Assembly (NCBI GenBank): GCA_964424195.1
Contig: CAYRHT010000001.1
Span: 6,102 to 70,101 of the forward strand
DNA from: an uncultured Gammaproteobacteria bacterium
GTDB lineage: Bacteria; Patescibacteriota; Patescibacteriia; UBA1558; S5-K13
DNA length: 64,000 nucleotides
Direction of reading: 5' to 3'
In this document: in pieces, positions 6,820-17,113 of the stretch
Position numbering within the stretch: position 1 is the stretch's first letter
Layout: each line of letters begins with the position of its first letter
The notes under the pieces: generated by a model
Databases searched by the model: none
Told to the model about the DNA's origin: nothing
Seen by the model: only the letters and a program-made list of their open reading frames with translations
Position numbers and translations under genes: made by a program

Positions 6820-7161
6820 ATGAAAAAAGAAGATAAGAAAACTGATGATATTCTAAATATTCAACCAGGTGATATTGTCAGAGTTCATGAAACAATTAAA
6901 GAAAAAAATACTAAGGGTGAAGAAAAACAAAGAGTTCAAGTTTTTGAAGGAATTGTTTTAGCTCATAAACATGGTAAAGAAATTGGTGCTACTATTACTG
7001 TTCGAAAAGAATCTGGTGGTATTGGTGTTGAAAAAATATTTCCCTTAAATTCTCCACTGATAGAGAAAATTGAAGTAAAAGGAAAAATTAAGTCTCGAAA
7101 GTCAAAACTTTATTACCTTAGAAACTACGAGAAAAGACTTAAGAAAGTTATTAAAAAATAG
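6820..7161 (+). CDS. rplS: 50S ribosomal protein L19
   Basis: PGDIVRVH...RVQVFEGIV...TVRKESGGIGVEKIFPLNSP...KLYYLR. Confidence 0.97.
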   Translation: MKKEDKKTDDILNIQPGDIVRVHETIKEKNTKGEEKQRVQVFEGIVLAHKHGKEIGATITVRKESGGIGVEKIFPLNSPLIEKIEVKGKIKSRKSKLYYLRNYEKRLKKVIKK

Positions 7162-7186
7162 TTTTTTGAAGAGAGTTTTGTTATTC

Positions 7187-7275
7187 GCCAGAGTGGCGGA
7201 ACTGGTAGACGCGCAGGCTTGAGGGGCCTGTGAGAAATTTTTCTCGTGGAGGTTCAAGTCCTCTCTCTGGCACCA
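7187..7275 (+). tRNA. tRNA-Leu(GAG)
   Basis: Cloverleaf; anticodon arm CAGGC-tt GAG gg-GCCTG, long variable arm, CCA end. Confidence 0.95.
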
Positions 7276-7284
7276 CATTGACAA

Positions 7285-7361
7285 GGGTCCTTGGCTCAGT
7301 TGGTTAGAGCGTCTCGTTTACACCGAGAAGGTCATAGGTTCGACTCCTATAGGACCCACCA
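7285..7361 (+). tRNA. tRNA-Val(TAC)
   Basis: TCTCG-tt TAC ac-CGAGA; GTTCGA T-loop; CCA. Confidence 0.95.
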
Positions 7362-7376
7362 TAAATTTCCCATTAA

Positions 7377-7453
7377 GGGCCTGTAGCTCAGTTGGCTAGA
7401 GCACCTGCTTTGCAAGCAGGGGGTCAAGGGTTCGAATCCCTTCAGGTCCACCA
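7377..7453 (+). tRNA. tRNA-Ala(TGC)
   Basis: CCTGC-tt TGC aa-GCAGG; G3:U70 pair; CCA. Confidence 0.95.
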
Positions 7454-7457
7454 AAGA

Positions 7458-7487
7458 GGACTTTTCATTTTGAAAGGTCTTTTTTTG
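7458..7487 (+). terminator. Intrinsic terminator after the tRNA cluster
   Basis: AGGACTTTTCA-ttt-TGAAAGGTCTT followed by T-tract. Confidence 0.65.
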
Positions 7488-7547
7488 TTTTAAAAGATAA
7501 ATAAAAAACCTGTCTTAGTGAAAAGACAGGTTAAGAGTATTAATAGA

Positions 7548-7634
7548 TTATTTTTTTTCATCTTGACGACTAGCAAGGAATCCAATGACACCGACAGTTA
7601 TGAAAAATATAGTAATAATAAATATTATAGACAT
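7548..7634 (-). CDS. Putative 28-aa single-TM small protein
   Basis: MSIIFIITIFFITVGVIGFLASRQDEKK; starts 1 nt after the stop of the upstream gene, followed by hairpin 7507-7532. Confidence 0.45.
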   Translation of the reverse strand: MSIIFIITIFFITVGVIGFLASRQDEKK

Positions 7635-7635
7635 T

Positions 7636-8253
7636 TTATTTTTTAAATATTTTTAAGAGTAAAATTAAAGAGAGTTGAATAATAATATTAGTAATAATCA
7701 GAGCAATAATAACTATAGCGATGTTTATTAAAAATGACCATTTAATAAAGAAGAGAATTATAAACACCCACCAGATGTTCTTTAAGTCTTGAAATGAAGG
7801 ACCAAGCATTGCTCCAACATTAAAAGATAGTAAAAGAACAATCCATCCTTGCCAAGTAATGATATTAATTTGAGATAAAATATTTAGAACTATATTGAAT
7901 ATTTCTGACCAACTGGAAATTTCATTAATTGTTAAGTAGTTAAGTAATAAATATCTATTCACCAGATAAAGGAATAAAAATCCACCCGCTATTGGTGCTA
8001 AAGAAATTAAAGCTTGGCCAATAATTGGAATTCTAGATTTAGTGTGACTAACCTGGGGTTGTTTGTGAAATATTTGAAATTTAGTAATTTTAGCACCAGT
8101 AAAAATACATAATACAGCATGAGAACTTTCATGAATAATAACTCCTAGATAGTATAACCAATGTAATACAGAGTAATTTAAATAAGAATAATTTAGATAA
8201 TTACTAAAATATCCTAAGATGCTGATGACTATAATTAATATTCCTAAATTCAT
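7636..8253 (-). CDS. Membrane zinc metalloprotease, M50-like
   Basis: HESSH (HExxH) in hydrophobic context, ISLAP, PSFQD; multiple TM segments. Confidence 0.75.
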   Translation of the reverse strand: MNLGILIIVISILGYFSNYLNYSYLNYSVLHWLYYLGVIIHESSHAVLCIFTGAKITKFQIFHKQPQVSHTKSRIPIIGQALISLAPIAGGFLFLYLVNRYLLLNYLTINEISSWSEIFNIVLNILSQINIITWQGWIVLLLSFNVGAMLGPSFQDLKNIWWVFIILFFIKWSFLINIAIVIIALIITNIIIQLSLILLLKIFKK

Positions 8254-8353
8254 AACGTTTGCTTGTTTGCTAAAGAGATAATATAATGAAATAAGAAGAG
8301 TTATTCACTTGACTAAACTCTTATTATTTTATAACTTAAGTATACAAAAATAT

Positions 8354-8911
8354 ATGTTTAAAAAACAGGCCGGCGGAAGCCAACTTCTAGATTCTAGGGA
8401 AATATTAGAAAGTAAAATCGGACTGGGTTATGGAAATGTAGTAGCTGATTTAGGATGTGGTCCTAAAGCTTACTTTACTTTTCAATCTGCTCGAATAGTT
8501 GGAGACCGAGGAATAGTTTATGCTGTTGATATCCAGAAGCAAGTATTGTCTTCAGTAGAGAGTCATGCTAAGAATCAGAACTTAAACAATATTAAGACTG
8601 TCTGGAGTAATTTAGAAATAAGTGGAGCTACTAAAATTCAAGAGAGTTCTTTAGACTTAGCAATATTAAATAATGTCTTGTTTCAATCAGCAGATATGCC
8701 AGAGATGATTAAGGAAGCTGTTAGATTAACTAAAGCTGGCGGTAGATTATTAGTTATAGATTGGAAGAGTACTGGAGCTCCTCTGGGACCTAAAGTGGAT
8801 TTAAAAGTAAATCCAGAAAAAGTTAAAGAACTTGCTGAAGTATTTGGATTAAAGCTAGAAGAAGAGTTTGAAGCTGGACAGTATCACTTTGGTTTAATTT
8901 TTAGAAAGTAA
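8354..8911 (+). CDS. Class I SAM-dependent methyltransferase
   Basis: VADLGCG motif I, VYAVDI, GGRLLVIDW; ATG at 8354 preferred to TTG at 8309. Confidence 0.9.
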   Translation: MFKKQAGGSQLLDSREILESKIGLGYGNVVADLGCGPKAYFTFQSARIVGDRGIVYAVDIQKQVLSSVESHAKNQNLNNIKTVWSNLEISGATKIQESSLDLAILNNVLFQSADMPEMIKEAVRLTKAGGRLLVIDWKSTGAPLGPKVDLKVNPEKVKELAEVFGLKLEEEFEAGQYHFGLIFRK

Positions 8912-8924
8912 TTATATAAATAAA

Positions 8925-9338
8925 ATGTTGTTATCACTCGTTAATTTTCAGTATCTTTTTGATGCTTATCCTCCTCGAATAAAACAGGGGACTTTTTTAA
9001 CTATTATAATCTTAGCTTTAGTTTTTTTGGCTATTGCTATTGTATTAAAGTATTTGCTATCTAGAAAAACTAAATTTAAAGAAGGGTTAGATAAATATCA
9101 AAAAGAATTCTATATTAAGTTAATTAATATATTATTCACTAGTGGTTTAATTAGTCTATTTTTAATTACTTTTAGAAAATTAAGAGTTCCTTACTTTCAA
9201 ATTAGATTTGTTTTAATACTCTGGGGAGGTATTATTGTTATTTGGTTTATTACTATTCTTCAATATCAACTAACTAAAGTTCCAGAATTAAGAGAACAGG
9301 GTAAGAAAAGAAGAGAATACGAGAAGTATCTGAAATAG
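8925..9338 (+). CDS. Hypothetical membrane protein
   Basis: 137 aa, three hydrophobic segments, ends YEKYLK. Confidence 0.75.
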   Translation: MLLSLVNFQYLFDAYPPRIKQGTFLTIIILALVFLAIAIVLKYLLSRKTKFKEGLDKYQKEFYIKLINILFTSGLISLFLITFRKLRVPYFQIRFVLILWGGIIVIWFITILQYQLTKVPELREQGKKRREYEKYLK

Positions 9339-9487
9339 TTTGTTTTAAATTAAATAGAGTAGTAGTTACTCTATTTTTTGTTTCTCTAAATATGGGGATA
9401 AACAGTGTATAATCTGTGATTTATTACTTTGACAAAAAATCTTAAAGTAATAAGCTAAAGGAATATTATTAATTAATTTTTACGCCT

Positions 9488-10774
9488 ATGGTCAGAAAAA
9501 TATTTTTCGGGATAGCTATTTTTATGCTGTCCATTTTGTTTACTAACTCTATTTCGGCAGCAAGTATAGATATTGACTACGATGCTGAGTTGAGCAAAGT
9601 TTGTAAACCAAGTCATTGTTTAATTCCAATTCCTACTTTACTTGATCCTCAGGAAAAGATTATTAAAATTAATGAAAACTTCTACTTAACAGGTCTTACT
9701 TGGAACAATACTAAGGTAGATATTTATGTTGATGACTTATACCAAGGACCAGCTACAGTTATTAAGGATGCTGATAGTGATACAGCTAATTTCTTCTATC
9801 TCATAGAAGATAATTCACTGTTAGAAGGTATTCATAATTGGAAAGTGATTGCTTGGGCAGAAACTATGCGAAAAAGGTCTTATGTTTCTGCTGAAAACAA
9901 CTTTGTTATTGAATCTTATTTCATTGCTCCTCGTTTAAGTAATATTACTGAGGATATAGATAATAATAATTGGATTATTGGTGAAACAGAAAATAATTCT
10001 CTAGTAAGCATCTATGTTGATAATGTGTATCAAGGACAAATTAGAAGTGATGGTAATTTTAATTACAATATTGGTCCTTTGTCTCCTGGTTTGCACACTT
10101 TCTATGCTTTAGCTCAAGAAGTAGGTACTGGTAAAACTAGTAAGAGATCTAATATTCTCTCAGAAGAGGTAATGATTAGAGATTTTGAGCAAAGCAGAGA
10201 AGAAATGATTGAAGAATCAGAGATTATTGATCAAGATAGTGAGATTGAAGCCTTAGAAGAGGTAGTAGAGCCGATTATAGAGCCAGAAGCAGATATTATT
10301 GAAGAGGTAGAGGTTCTGGAAGAGAATATTAGTTCAATTTCAGAAGAAAAGAGTTCGGATGACGAATTAAATATTCAATCTGAAGATACTACTACTAATG
10401 TTAGTGTAACTGAAACTAATAATTCTGATGTTGAGGTTGATGTTATTAATGAAGAAGAATCTCAAGATCAACTTGTCGTGGAAAGTCAGATAAATGAGTT
10501 AGAGGACAAAGAAGAGGCAGAAATTACAGAAACAGAAGAATTACAACCAGCAACTCCTAGCATTGAAGAGAAAGAGTTAATGATGGAAGAAATAGGGATA
10601 GTTGAAAAACAGGAAAGAAATCGAAAAGTTGGTTTATTCCTCTTAGTTATTCTAGTAGTAATAGTTCTAGCTTCTACTTTTATTTCAGGAAAGAAAGACA
10701 AGCGATCATCAAAAGATTCAAAAAAAGACGAGAATGATAATTCTCATCAAGGGAATCTGTTTAATGAAGAATAG
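9488..10774 (+). CDS. Surface protein: signal peptide, two Ig-like (Big) repeats, acidic linker, C-terminal TM anchor
   Basis: Repeated G.T..N..V.IYVD..YQG...F.Y.....L..G.H units; E-rich stalk; hydrophobic helix and basic tail. Confidence 0.75.
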   Translation: MVRKIFFGIAIFMLSILFTNSISAASIDIDYDAELSKVCKPSHCLIPIPTLLDPQEKIIKINENFYLTGLTWNNTKVDIYVDDLYQGPATVIKDADSDTANFFYLIEDNSLLEGIHNWKVIAWAETMRKRSYVSAENNFVIESYFIAPRLSNITEDIDNNNWIIGETENNSLVSIYVDNVYQGQIRSDGNFNYNIGPLSPGLHTFYALAQEVGTGKTSKRSNILSEEVMIRDFEQSREEMIEESEIIDQDSEIEALEEVVEPIIEPEADIIEEVEVLEENISSISEEKSSDDELNIQSEDTTTNVSVTETNNSDVEVDVINEEESQDQLVVESQINELEDKEEAEITETEELQPATPSIEEKELMMEEIGIVEKQERNRKVGLFLLVILVVIVLASTFISGKKDKRSSKDSKKDENDNSHQGNLFNEE

Positions 10775-10798
10775 AATTCTTAGATAAATAAAAAGACT

Positions 10799-11260
10799 TT
10801 AAAGATTTCCTTTAGAGTCTTTTTTAATACTGATCATTAAAAACAAGAAGACTCCAATACTGATATAGGCATCAGCTAAGTTAAAATTGGGCCAAATACT
10901 GATTTGAATGAAGTCAACCACTCCTTGATATACTATTCTATCTAAAAGATTACTAGTAGCACCAATAATAACTAATCCTAAAAAGGAAGTTTCTAAATAT
11001 CTTTCTTTTTTAATACTTTTAAGAAAAAAAACAAAAAGAAATGTAATTAGAATGATGGTTAGAATAAAAATAACAACTTGAGGTAGTTTTAAGCCAAAAG
11101 CAATTCCATTATTGAGTTGTAATTGAAATTGAAAGTTTTTAAACAAATAAACTCCTTGATTAAGGAGTTTATGAAAAGCTAAATATTTACTTAGACGATC
11201 AATAATAAAGAGGAGTAATAAGATTAGGCTAATATATTTTATTTTTAAGCAGATTCTCAT
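10799..11260 (-). CDS. lspA: Lipoprotein signal peptidase II
   Basis: DRLSK, NNGIAFG, GATSNLLDRI, GVVDFI, FNLADAYI. Confidence 0.95.
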   Translation of the reverse strand: MRICLKIKYISLILLLLFIIDRLSKYLAFHKLLNQGVYLFKNFQFQLQLNNGIAFGLKLPQVVIFILTIILITFLFVFFLKSIKKERYLETSFLGLVIIGATSNLLDRIVYQGVVDFIQISIWPNFNLADAYISIGVFLFLMISIKKDSKGNL

Positions 11261-11261
11261 C

Positions 11262-11624
11262 TTACAAAGTTTTTCTTTTACAATCCATGCATTTAGTAGC
11301 AGTAGGAAAAGCTAATAATCTTTTTTCTGGAATATCTTTTTGGCATTCACGACATTTTCCATAACCACCCTTTTTAATCACTTCCAAAGCTTCATTAACC
11401 TTCTTAAGAGACTTCTCTAAAGTCTTTTCTAAATAAAGATCTCCTTCAAAATCAGCTACTTCAGCTGCATTTTCATCTTCATGATCTCCGTATTGAGGAA
11501 ATTTAGCATTATAATCACCCTCAGCATTTTTATTCTTATCAGCAAAGGCTTCTAATTCTTTAATTAGTTCTTCTTTTTGTTCTAATAATCTTTCTTCTGT
11601 CTCTTTGATCAATTTTTTATTCAT
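11262..11624 (-). CDS. TraR/DksA C4 zinc-finger protein
   Basis: YGKCRECQKDIPEKRLLAFPTATKCMDC. Confidence 0.9.
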   Translation of the reverse strand: MNKKLIKETEERLLEQKEELIKELEAFADKNKNAEGDYNAKFPQYGDHEDENAAEVADFEGDLYLEKTLEKSLKKVNEALEVIKKGGYGKCRECQKDIPEKRLLAFPTATKCMDCKRKTL

Positions 11625-11872
11625 AATATTTTAAATAATTATTAATAGTAATTATTAGTAATCATTATATTGTGAATCTATTTTTGTGTCAACTTCTATT
11701 AAGGAGTCTTAGATTTTTAAAAAAAGATTATTTTGAATTGAATATATACCCTTAATAAAGAATATTTGATTTAAAAATTAAAGGGGAGAGTATTAAAATG
11801 TTCTAAAATATTTTTAATTTTATTTAAAAAAATAAAAAGGAGAAGTTTCACAAGATAAGCTAAGAAGTCTGG

Positions 11873-11881
11873 TTATCCACA
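11873..11881 (+). promoter_or_regulatory. DnaA box upstream of nrdD
   Basis: Perfect TTATCCACA. Confidence 0.55.
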
Positions 11882-11899
11882 GCTTCGGCTTTGCGTAAA

Positions 11900-11948
11900 C
11901 CACAAAATATGGTATTATAGTTAGTACTTGAGACACTATATGTAGTGT
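11900..11948 (+). promoter_or_regulatory. Tandem NrdR boxes
   Basis: ACACTATATGTAGTGT (11933-11948) fits acaCwAtATaTwGtgt; weaker CCACAAAATATGGTAT at 11900-11915. Confidence 0.7.
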
Positions 11949-12035
11949 TTCGAAAAACAGACTAAAATTAGAAGCGAGTAATGAATTATTATTCAAAACT
12001 AATAAAAACAATTAATAAAAATAAAAAATAAATCT

Positions 12036-14165
12036 ATGGTCGAAGGTAAAACATTTTCTAAGATAAAAAAGCGAGATGGACGAGTTGTTAAGTTTAAAGC
12101 TGAAAAGGTTACTCAGGCTATTCAAAAAGCTGGAGAAGCTAGTGGTGAATTTGATGAAAAAGTAGCAAAAAAATTGACTTTAAGAGTTTTAACGGTCGCT
12201 CACCACTCAGTTGAGAGTAAAACCCCAACTGTTGAAGAGATTCAGGATATAGTAGAAGAAGTTTTATTAAATTCATCATATGCTAAGACCGCAAAGTTAT
12301 ATATTATCTACCGAGATCAACATGATAAGATTAGACAAATAGCTGACACTAGTAATGTTACTTTAGTTGACGAATATTTATCTCAATTAGATTGGCAAGT
12401 GAATGAAAACTCTAATATGAGCTATTCCTTACAGGGAATGAATAACTATGTGGCTGAAGAAGTTACTAAAGTTTATTGGCTTAATAAAATATATCCAGAA
12501 AATATCAGAGATGCTTACTTGTCTGGTGATTTTCATATTCATGATCTAGGTTTTCTAGGAGCATATTGTGTGGGTTGGGATTTAGAAGATTTGTTGATGG
12601 TTGGTTTCAAGGGAATCGCTGGAAAAATTGAATCTTCTCCAGCTAAACATTTTAGAACTATTTTAGGACATATTGTTAATTTCTTTTATACTACTCAGGG
12701 TGAAACAGCTGGAGCTCAGGCTTTTTCTAGTTTTGATACTTTATTAGCTCCTTTTATTAAATATGATAAGTTAGATTACAAAAAGGTTAAACAAGCTATG
12801 CAAGAGTTTATTTTCAATATGAATGTGCCAACTAGAGTTGGTTTTCAAACTCCATTTACCAATTTGACCATGGATCTATCTGCGCCAAAGCATATGAAGA
12901 AAAAGAGTGTAATTATTGGTGGAAAACCTCAAAAAGAAAAATATGGCGATTTTCAAAAAGAAATGGATATGATTAATAAAGCTTTCTTGGAAGTTATGGA
13001 AGAAGGAGACGCTAAGGGAAGAGTGTTTACTTTCCCAATTCCAACTTACAATATTACTAAAGAATTCAATTGGAAAGATAAAAATTTAGATAAGCTATGG
13101 GAAATAACTGCTAAATATGGAATTCCTAATTTTTCAAACTATGTTAATTCAGATATGAGTCCTGATGATGCTCGTTCTATGTGCTGTCGATTAAGATTAG
13201 ATAATAGAGAACTTAGAAAAAGAGGTGGTGGTTTGTTTGGATCTAATCCAATGACTGGTTCTATTGGTGTAGTAACTATGAATTTACCGAGAATGGGCTA
13301 CCTTTCTAAAAATGAAAAGGAATTCTTTAAGAACCTAAAGGAAAATATGGATTTAGCTCAGGAGAGTCTAGAAATTAAGAGAAAGGTGATCGAAAAGTTT
13401 ACTAGTGGTGGTCTCTATCCATATTCTAGATTCTATTTAAGAAGTGTTCACGAGAGATTTAAAGAATATTGGAAAAATCATTTTTCTACCATTGGTCTTT
13501 TAGGAATGAATGAAGCCTGTTTGAATTTATTAGGCGAAGATATTACTACTCCAACTGGAAATGAATTTGCTAAAAAAGTTTTAGTATTTATGAGAGACAC
13601 AATTACTGAGTATCAAAAAGAAACTGGTAATATGTATAATTTAGAAGCTACTCCAGCAGAAGGAACTTCCTATCGATTAGCCCTTAAAGATCAGAAGAAA
13701 TTCCCAGACATTCTCTTCGCTAATCCAGATCGAGTAAAACAAAAGAATGCTGCTCCTTTCTATACCAATTCTAGTCAATTGCCAGTTAACTTTACTAATG
13801 ATGTTTTTGAAGAACTAGAACTGCAAGACGATATTCAGTCTCAATATACTGGTGGTACAAATTTACATTTCTTTGTTGGTGAAAAAATTAGAAGCCCTAA
13901 AATAGTTAAAGATTTGGTTAAGAAGATTTGTCATAATTACAAACTCTCTTACTTTACAATTACTCCTACTTTTAGTATTTGTCCAGAACATGGATATATT
14001 GCTGGAGAACATTTCAAATGTCCAAAATGTAAAGGTAATGCCGATGTTTATTCTAGAACCGTAGGATATATTAGACCAGTACAGTATTGGAATAAAGGTA
14101 AAGTAGAAGAATTTGGTATGAGAAAAACCTTTAAAGTTAATTCAGGTTGTTCAGATTGTAAATAA
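12036..14165 (+). CDS. nrdD: Class III (anaerobic) ribonucleoside-triphosphate reductase with ATP cone
   Basis: KKRDGRVVKF ATP cone; SMCCRL; EATPAEG; CPEHG...CPKC zinc site; SRTVGY glycyl-radical loop. Confidence 0.96.
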   Translation: MVEGKTFSKIKKRDGRVVKFKAEKVTQAIQKAGEASGEFDEKVAKKLTLRVLTVAHHSVESKTPTVEEIQDIVEEVLLNSSYAKTAKLYIIYRDQHDKIRQIADTSNVTLVDEYLSQLDWQVNENSNMSYSLQGMNNYVAEEVTKVYWLNKIYPENIRDAYLSGDFHIHDLGFLGAYCVGWDLEDLLMVGFKGIAGKIESSPAKHFRTILGHIVNFFYTTQGETAGAQAFSSFDTLLAPFIKYDKLDYKKVKQAMQEFIFNMNVPTRVGFQTPFTNLTMDLSAPKHMKKKSVIIGGKPQKEKYGDFQKEMDMINKAFLEVMEEGDAKGRVFTFPIPTYNITKEFNWKDKNLDKLWEITAKYGIPNFSNYVNSDMSPDDARSMCCRLRLDNRELRKRGGGLFGSNPMTGSIGVVTMNLPRMGYLSKNEKEFFKNLKENMDLAQESLEIKRKVIEKFTSGGLYPYSRFYLRSVHERFKEYWKNHFSTIGLLGMNEACLNLLGEDITTPTGNEFAKKVLVFMRDTITEYQKETGNMYNLEATPAEGTSYRLALKDQKKFPDILFANPDRVKQKNAAPFYTNSSQLPVNFTNDVFEELELQDDIQSQYTGGTNLHFFVGEKIRSPKIVKDLVKKICHNYKLSYFTITPTFSICPEHGYIAGEHFKCPKCKGNADVYSRTVGYIRPVQYWNKGKVEEFGMRKTFKVNSGCSDCK

Positions 14166-14236
14166 AAAACTTGTCGTGGATAACAAAGCGCATTCTGGTT
14201 TAGAGGATGCGCTTTGATAACCCTTAATATAAATAT

Positions 14237-14926
14237 ATGAATATTGGTGGATTACAAAAATTTTCAATGATAGACTATCCAAATAAATTGGCTGCTATTG
14301 TTTTTACTTTGGGCTGTAATTTTCGTTGTGGTTATTGTCATAATCCAGAATTAGTATTACCAGAGAAATTTAATCCTAGTTTAGATGAAGAAAAGATTTT
14401 GGAATTTTTTAAAACTAGAGTTGGAAAATTAGATGCAATTTCAATTACCGGAGGAGAACCAACAATGCAAAAAGATTTAACTCAGTTTATGAAAAAGATT
14501 AAGGACCTAGGTTTTTTAATTAAGCTCGATACTAATGGAACTGATCCTAAAACGTTAAAAGAGATAATTGATAATAAGTTAGTAGATTATATTGCCATGG
14601 ACATCAAAGCTCCCTTTGAAAAATATGAAGAAGTGATTAAGACCAAAGTTGATTTAGAAGATATTAAAAAAAGCATTAAGATGATAATGAGTTCAAAGAT
14701 AGAATATGAATTTAGAACTACGATTGTGAAGTCTCAACTTAGTGTTAAAGATTTAATGGGCATTGGGAAATTAATTAAAGGGGCTAATATTTATTATCTC
14801 CAAAAATTTGTTTCTTCTAAAGCTAATGATGATGAATTCTTAAAAAAGAAAACTTATTCTGACGAAGAATTTGAAGAGATTAGAAAAGATATTTTAAAGT
14901 ATGTGAAAAATTGTAAGATTAGATAA
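14237..14926 (+). CDS. nrdG: Anaerobic RNR activating radical SAM enzyme
   Basis: GCNFRCGYCHNP, ITGGEPT, DTNG; directly after nrdD. Confidence 0.93.
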   Translation: MNIGGLQKFSMIDYPNKLAAIVFTLGCNFRCGYCHNPELVLPEKFNPSLDEEKILEFFKTRVGKLDAISITGGEPTMQKDLTQFMKKIKDLGFLIKLDTNGTDPKTLKEIIDNKLVDYIAMDIKAPFEKYEEVIKTKVDLEDIKKSIKMIMSSKIEYEFRTTIVKSQLSVKDLMGIGKLIKGANIYYLQKFVSSKANDDEFLKKKTYSDEEFEEIRKDILKYVKNCKIR

Positions 14927-15216
14927 TGAAAAGAAAGAAAATCAAAAATAAATACTATTTAAATCCCGAGGCAGTTTTAGATTTACATGGGTTTACAAAG
15001 AAAGAAGCCGAGAGGGCTTTTTTTGAGTTTTTAGAAGAGTCTCAGGAAAAGGGCTTCAGAAAAATTAAGATTATCACTGGACAAGGATGGCACAATAAAG
15101 ATTTTCAAAGTATTTTAAAGCCGTTTATAGAAGATCTTTTAGATAAAGAAAATTATTCTTACACAGATGCCAAAATAAATGACGGTGGACGAGGAGCTTT
15201 AATTGTTAATTTGTAA
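14926..15216 (+). CDS. Smr/MutS2-domain protein
   Basis: LDLHG...IITGQG...GGRGALIV. Confidence 0.9.
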   Translation: MKRKKIKNKYYLNPEAVLDLHGFTKKEAERAFFEFLEESQEKGFRKIKIITGQGWHNKDFQSILKPFIEDLLDKENYSYTDAKINDGGRGALIVNL

Positions 15217-16377
15217 TTTCTCAAAGATTATTTCTTCACCCGTATTTTTGATATAAAAAGTATGGTCTAAATATTCTTGCTCCATTAGAGGAAGATTTAT
15301 TTTGTAGTAAAGAGGAATATTATGAAGCTTAGGAATCATTAATCCTAGTTCAGCAATATCTGAAAAAGCATAGTCATCATTAAATATATTATTAGAGTGG
15401 AATTCTAATCGATTAGGATGATCAGGGTCTTGAAAAAACTTATTACCATTAGCAAATGATAAATAATTCATGTAATTTTGATTATTGAAATAATATCCTA
15501 GTAGTCCAGTCATTAAATAGAATTGAGCACCCAGAGCAGAGGGTCGATGTCCAATTTCAGCAGAGATCTTTCCATTAGTAAGTGTTATTTTCTGGAGATT
15601 ATTATACATTTGCTGAGCAATGTTTAAATATTCTATTTGATTAGTTAACTCTCCATACATCATCAGCATAAAAGCAGAGACAGCATGATAATGCACTGAA
15701 AAATCATTTAGGTTGTTTTCTAGATACCAATAATCAGAGTTAATAGATTCTTGAATAGCGGAGTCTATTTTATTTTTTATTAAATTATCAAAGTATTCTT
15801 TTTTCAGTGAATTAATGATTCCTTTTTCAAAAAGATGATTATTAATATATTGCCAATGAGCTCCAGCAATAATTGCTCGGTTTTCAGTGTCCAAAGCTTT
15901 AATACCATTTTCCAAATATTCATTAATAACATTATAGATAGCTTGTTTGGTTTTGTTATTTAAAAGTTTGGGAAGTTTTTCTAGAATTTGAATTGTTAAA
16001 AAATGAGCTTCAGCTTCTTGGAAAGATTGACTTTTCGAACCTCTTTCTAAGAGTTCATTATATCCTTTTAATATTCCAAAACGGACAATATTTTTAGCAC
16101 TTAAATCTCCATCTAAAGCTCGATATTTATAATATGAAACTAAAGAGATCCATTCTCTGATTTTTTCTGGTTCAGTGAATTCACTTACTCCGTATTCAGG
16201 TGAAGAATATATTAAACCAACTTGATCAAAATGTTGACTATAGCGAGTATAAAAATACTCTACATAATTGTTGAGGTGAGAATTGTTTATTTGAGCAGTA
16301 ACAGGAGAAACTAAACAAAAGTTAGGTATTAGGATAATTAATATCAGAAGGATTGTTTTTGTAAATGTTTTAGACAT
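15199..16377 (-). CDS. Secreted hypothetical protein, possibly alpha/alpha-barrel
   Basis: Signal peptide, helical aromatic-rich body, SVHYHAVSA motif. Confidence 0.65.
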   Translation of the reverse strand: MSKTFTKTILLILIILIPNFCLVSPVTAQINNSHLNNYVEYFYTRYSQHFDQVGLIYSSPEYGVSEFTEPEKIREWISLVSYYKYRALDGDLSAKNIVRFGILKGYNELLERGSKSQSFQEAEAHFLTIQILEKLPKLLNNKTKQAIYNVINEYLENGIKALDTENRAIIAGAHWQYINNHLFEKGIINSLKKEYFDNLIKNKIDSAIQESINSDYWYLENNLNDFSVHYHAVSAFMLMMYGELTNQIEYLNIAQQMYNNLQKITLTNGKISAEIGHRPSALGAQFYLMTGLLGYYFNNQNYMNYLSFANGNKFFQDPDHPNRLEFHSNNIFNDDYAFSDIAELGLMIPKLHNIPLYYKINLPLMEQEYLDHTFYIKNTGEEIIFEKLQINN

Positions 16378-16378
16378 T

Positions 16379-17113
16379 TTATTTTTTGGGATTAGTTTTA
16401 GCTGCCATCCAGGCTAACATAAAGAAGCTTTTAAAAGTTTTAGCTATATCTTCAGATTCAATTAACACTCCGAAAAGATTATCCAAGGAGACTATGAATA
16501 GTTTGTCTTTAATAATTACTGCATCTGCAAAAACCGGTAAATTTTTAGGCATAATTCGAATTTCTCTATTCTTACTACTTTTTTTTATATATTTAAGACC
16601 TTCTTTGTTATTAGAAATCAATTCTAATGATTCTTTGTAATGAGCAGAGTGATGTTTTTCTAGATATTCAATCATATTAGGAAAAGTTTTTAATAATTTT
16701 TCCATGTCTGTGCCAAAAAAATAGATTTTTTCTGTTGGAAACATAGTTTTTGTATAAACCTCCCATAGAGTTTCTTTTCCTTCATAATATCTAATTTTAG
16801 GTTTAGGTCCTTTATTAAACTTAGCATGGAAAAAGGGAAGTAAGTCTTGAAAGTTAGCTATTTTTTCTTTGTATTTGTTTAAAATAATATTGGGATCTTC
16901 GGCTGAGTAGAGGGTGGTATTTTTTTTCTCTATTTTACTTACTAAACCTTTTTCAAATAAATTATCTAAACTTAAATAACAAGTTGGTCTTTTGACTCCA
17001 GCTTTTTTAGCTATATGTAAAACACTATTAGTACCTAATTCTAAACAAGCTAAATATATTTTAGCTTCAATTTCTGTTAATCCTAAATCTTTTAATATTT
17101 TCTCTTCAATCAT
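16379..17113 (-). CDS. TrmB-family transcriptional regulator
   Basis: LGLTEIEAKIYLACLELG...IAKKAGVKRPTCY..L..L.EKGLV; PKIRYYEG. Confidence 0.9.
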   Translation of the reverse strand: MIEEKILKDLGLTEIEAKIYLACLELGTNSVLHIAKKAGVKRPTCYLSLDNLFEKGLVSKIEKKNTTLYSAEDPNIILNKYKEKIANFQDLLPFFHAKFNKGPKPKIRYYEGKETLWEVYTKTMFPTEKIYFFGTDMEKLLKTFPNMIEYLEKHHSAHYKESLELISNNKEGLKYIKKSSKNREIRIMPKNLPVFADAVIIKDKLFIVSLDNLFGVLIESEDIAKTFKSFFMLAWMAAKTNPKK

